This document shows positions 63,339-64,000 of a stretch of 64,000 nucleotides of DNA, piece by piece (the first letter of the stretch is position 1; the number at the start of each line of letters is the position of its first letter). The notes below the pieces were generated by a model. That model was given only the letters and a program-made list of their open reading frames with translations, had not been told where the DNA came from and searched no databases. The position numbers and the translations under genes are program-made. This stretch comes from an uncultured Gemmatimonadales bacterium. GTDB lineage: Bacteria; Gemmatimonadota; Gemmatimonadetes; Longimicrobiales; RSA9. The stretch is from positions 672,001 to 736,000 of the forward strand of contig CAWFKH010000003.1 of NCBI GenBank assembly GCA_963816355.1. The letters run 5' to 3'.

Positions 63339-63443
63339 GCGGCGGAAGTTCCTCCGAACCCTGACACACGGTCGGCGCCCGCCCGACAGATTCGCCTCCT
63401 GGCCGCCGTAGATTGCCCGATGACGCCAAGGAGGTGGATCGCC

Positions 63444-63992
63444 ATGCCCGTGCTTCGCGACATCATGAGCTCGACGCTCGTCACGCTCGCCCCCGACGCC
63501 ACGCTGCGCGAGGCGGCCGAGCTGCTCAGCGACCGCGGCATCGGCGGCGCTCCGGTCGTCGCCGGCGGACGCCTCGTCGGCGTCGTCTCCGCCACCGACA
63601 TCCTCGACTTCACGGCGAACAGCGCCGGCGTGCCCACGGAGAAGCCGGACGAGCCGGACCGCTCGGACCTCGACTTCGAGTGGGAGGAGGCGCTGGACGA
63701 CGAAGGCGCCGCGAGCTTCTTCGTCGACCTGTGGGACGACGCGGGTGCCGACGTGCTCGAGCGCATGCGACAGGTCGACAGCCCGGAGTGGGACCTGCTC
63801 GAGGAACACGCCGTCGAGGAGGTGATGACCCGGCGCGTGTCCGCGCTTCCCTCCGACGCCGACATCCACGAAGCCGCGCAGCGCATGCTCGACGAGGGGA
63901 TCCACCGCCTGCTCGTGATCGACGGCGAGCGCCTCGTCGGCGTCGTCACGACCACGGACTTCCTGCGCCTCGTCGCCACCCGCACCGCCTAG
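63444..63992 (+). CDS. CBS-domain protein
   Basis: Two CBS motifs separated by an acidic insert; AGGAGG ribosome-binding site. Confidence 0.88.
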   Translation: MPVLRDIMSSTLVTLAPDATLREAAELLSDRGIGGAPVVAGGRLVGVVSATDILDFTANSAGVPTEKPDEPDRSDLDFEWEEALDDEGAASFFVDLWDDAGADVLERMRQVDSPEWDLLEEHAVEEVMTRRVSALPSDADIHEAAQRMLDEGIHRLLVIDGERLVGVVTTTDFLRLVATRTA

Positions 63993-64000
63993 GCGCGCCT

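Overview
Very GC-rich bacterial DNA. A Gemmatimonadota-like source is an inference from composition and the Ig-rich lipoproteins. Several frameshifts are present, probably long-read errors. About 59 kb forms a nearly co-oriented cell-surface super-locus with five parts. (1) At 1-22 kb is a glycosylation block with two GT2 polyprenol-phosphate-sugar synthase-like genes, a GT4, two methyltransferases, a prenyltransferase-fold protein, a Tat-exported DUF362 protein, a PRK07208-like flavoenzyme and eight GT-C-like membrane proteins. It includes a lower-GC insert at about 5.7-12.9 kb. (2) At 22-34 kb are two giant Ig-like lipoproteins sharing a near-identical 2041-bp C-terminal module. (3) At 34-39 kb are a HAMP histidine kinase, an NtrC-family sigma54 activator and a ninth GT-C-like gene. 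(4) At 39-51.6 kb is a Flp/Tad pilus operon with accessory genes, preceded by a long structured leader. (5) At 51.8-59.3 kb is an exopolysaccharide-like operon: a KaiC/RecA-ATPase-pseudoREC-degenerate GGDEF protein (BcsE-like architecture), a TPR/barrel exporter, a PgaC/IcaA-like GT2, a CE4 deacetylase and two small membrane proteins. The Tad and EPS operons have strikingly similar sigma54-type promoters (upstream palindromic box, IHF-like site, TGGCAYG-N4-TTGTCC). The window ends with tRNA-Ser(TGA), a hairpin repeat array, a COG1233 flavoprotein, nadE and a CBS protein. No CRISPR, rRNA, integrase or transposase was seen. All family calls are from motif recognition by eye, not database searches.
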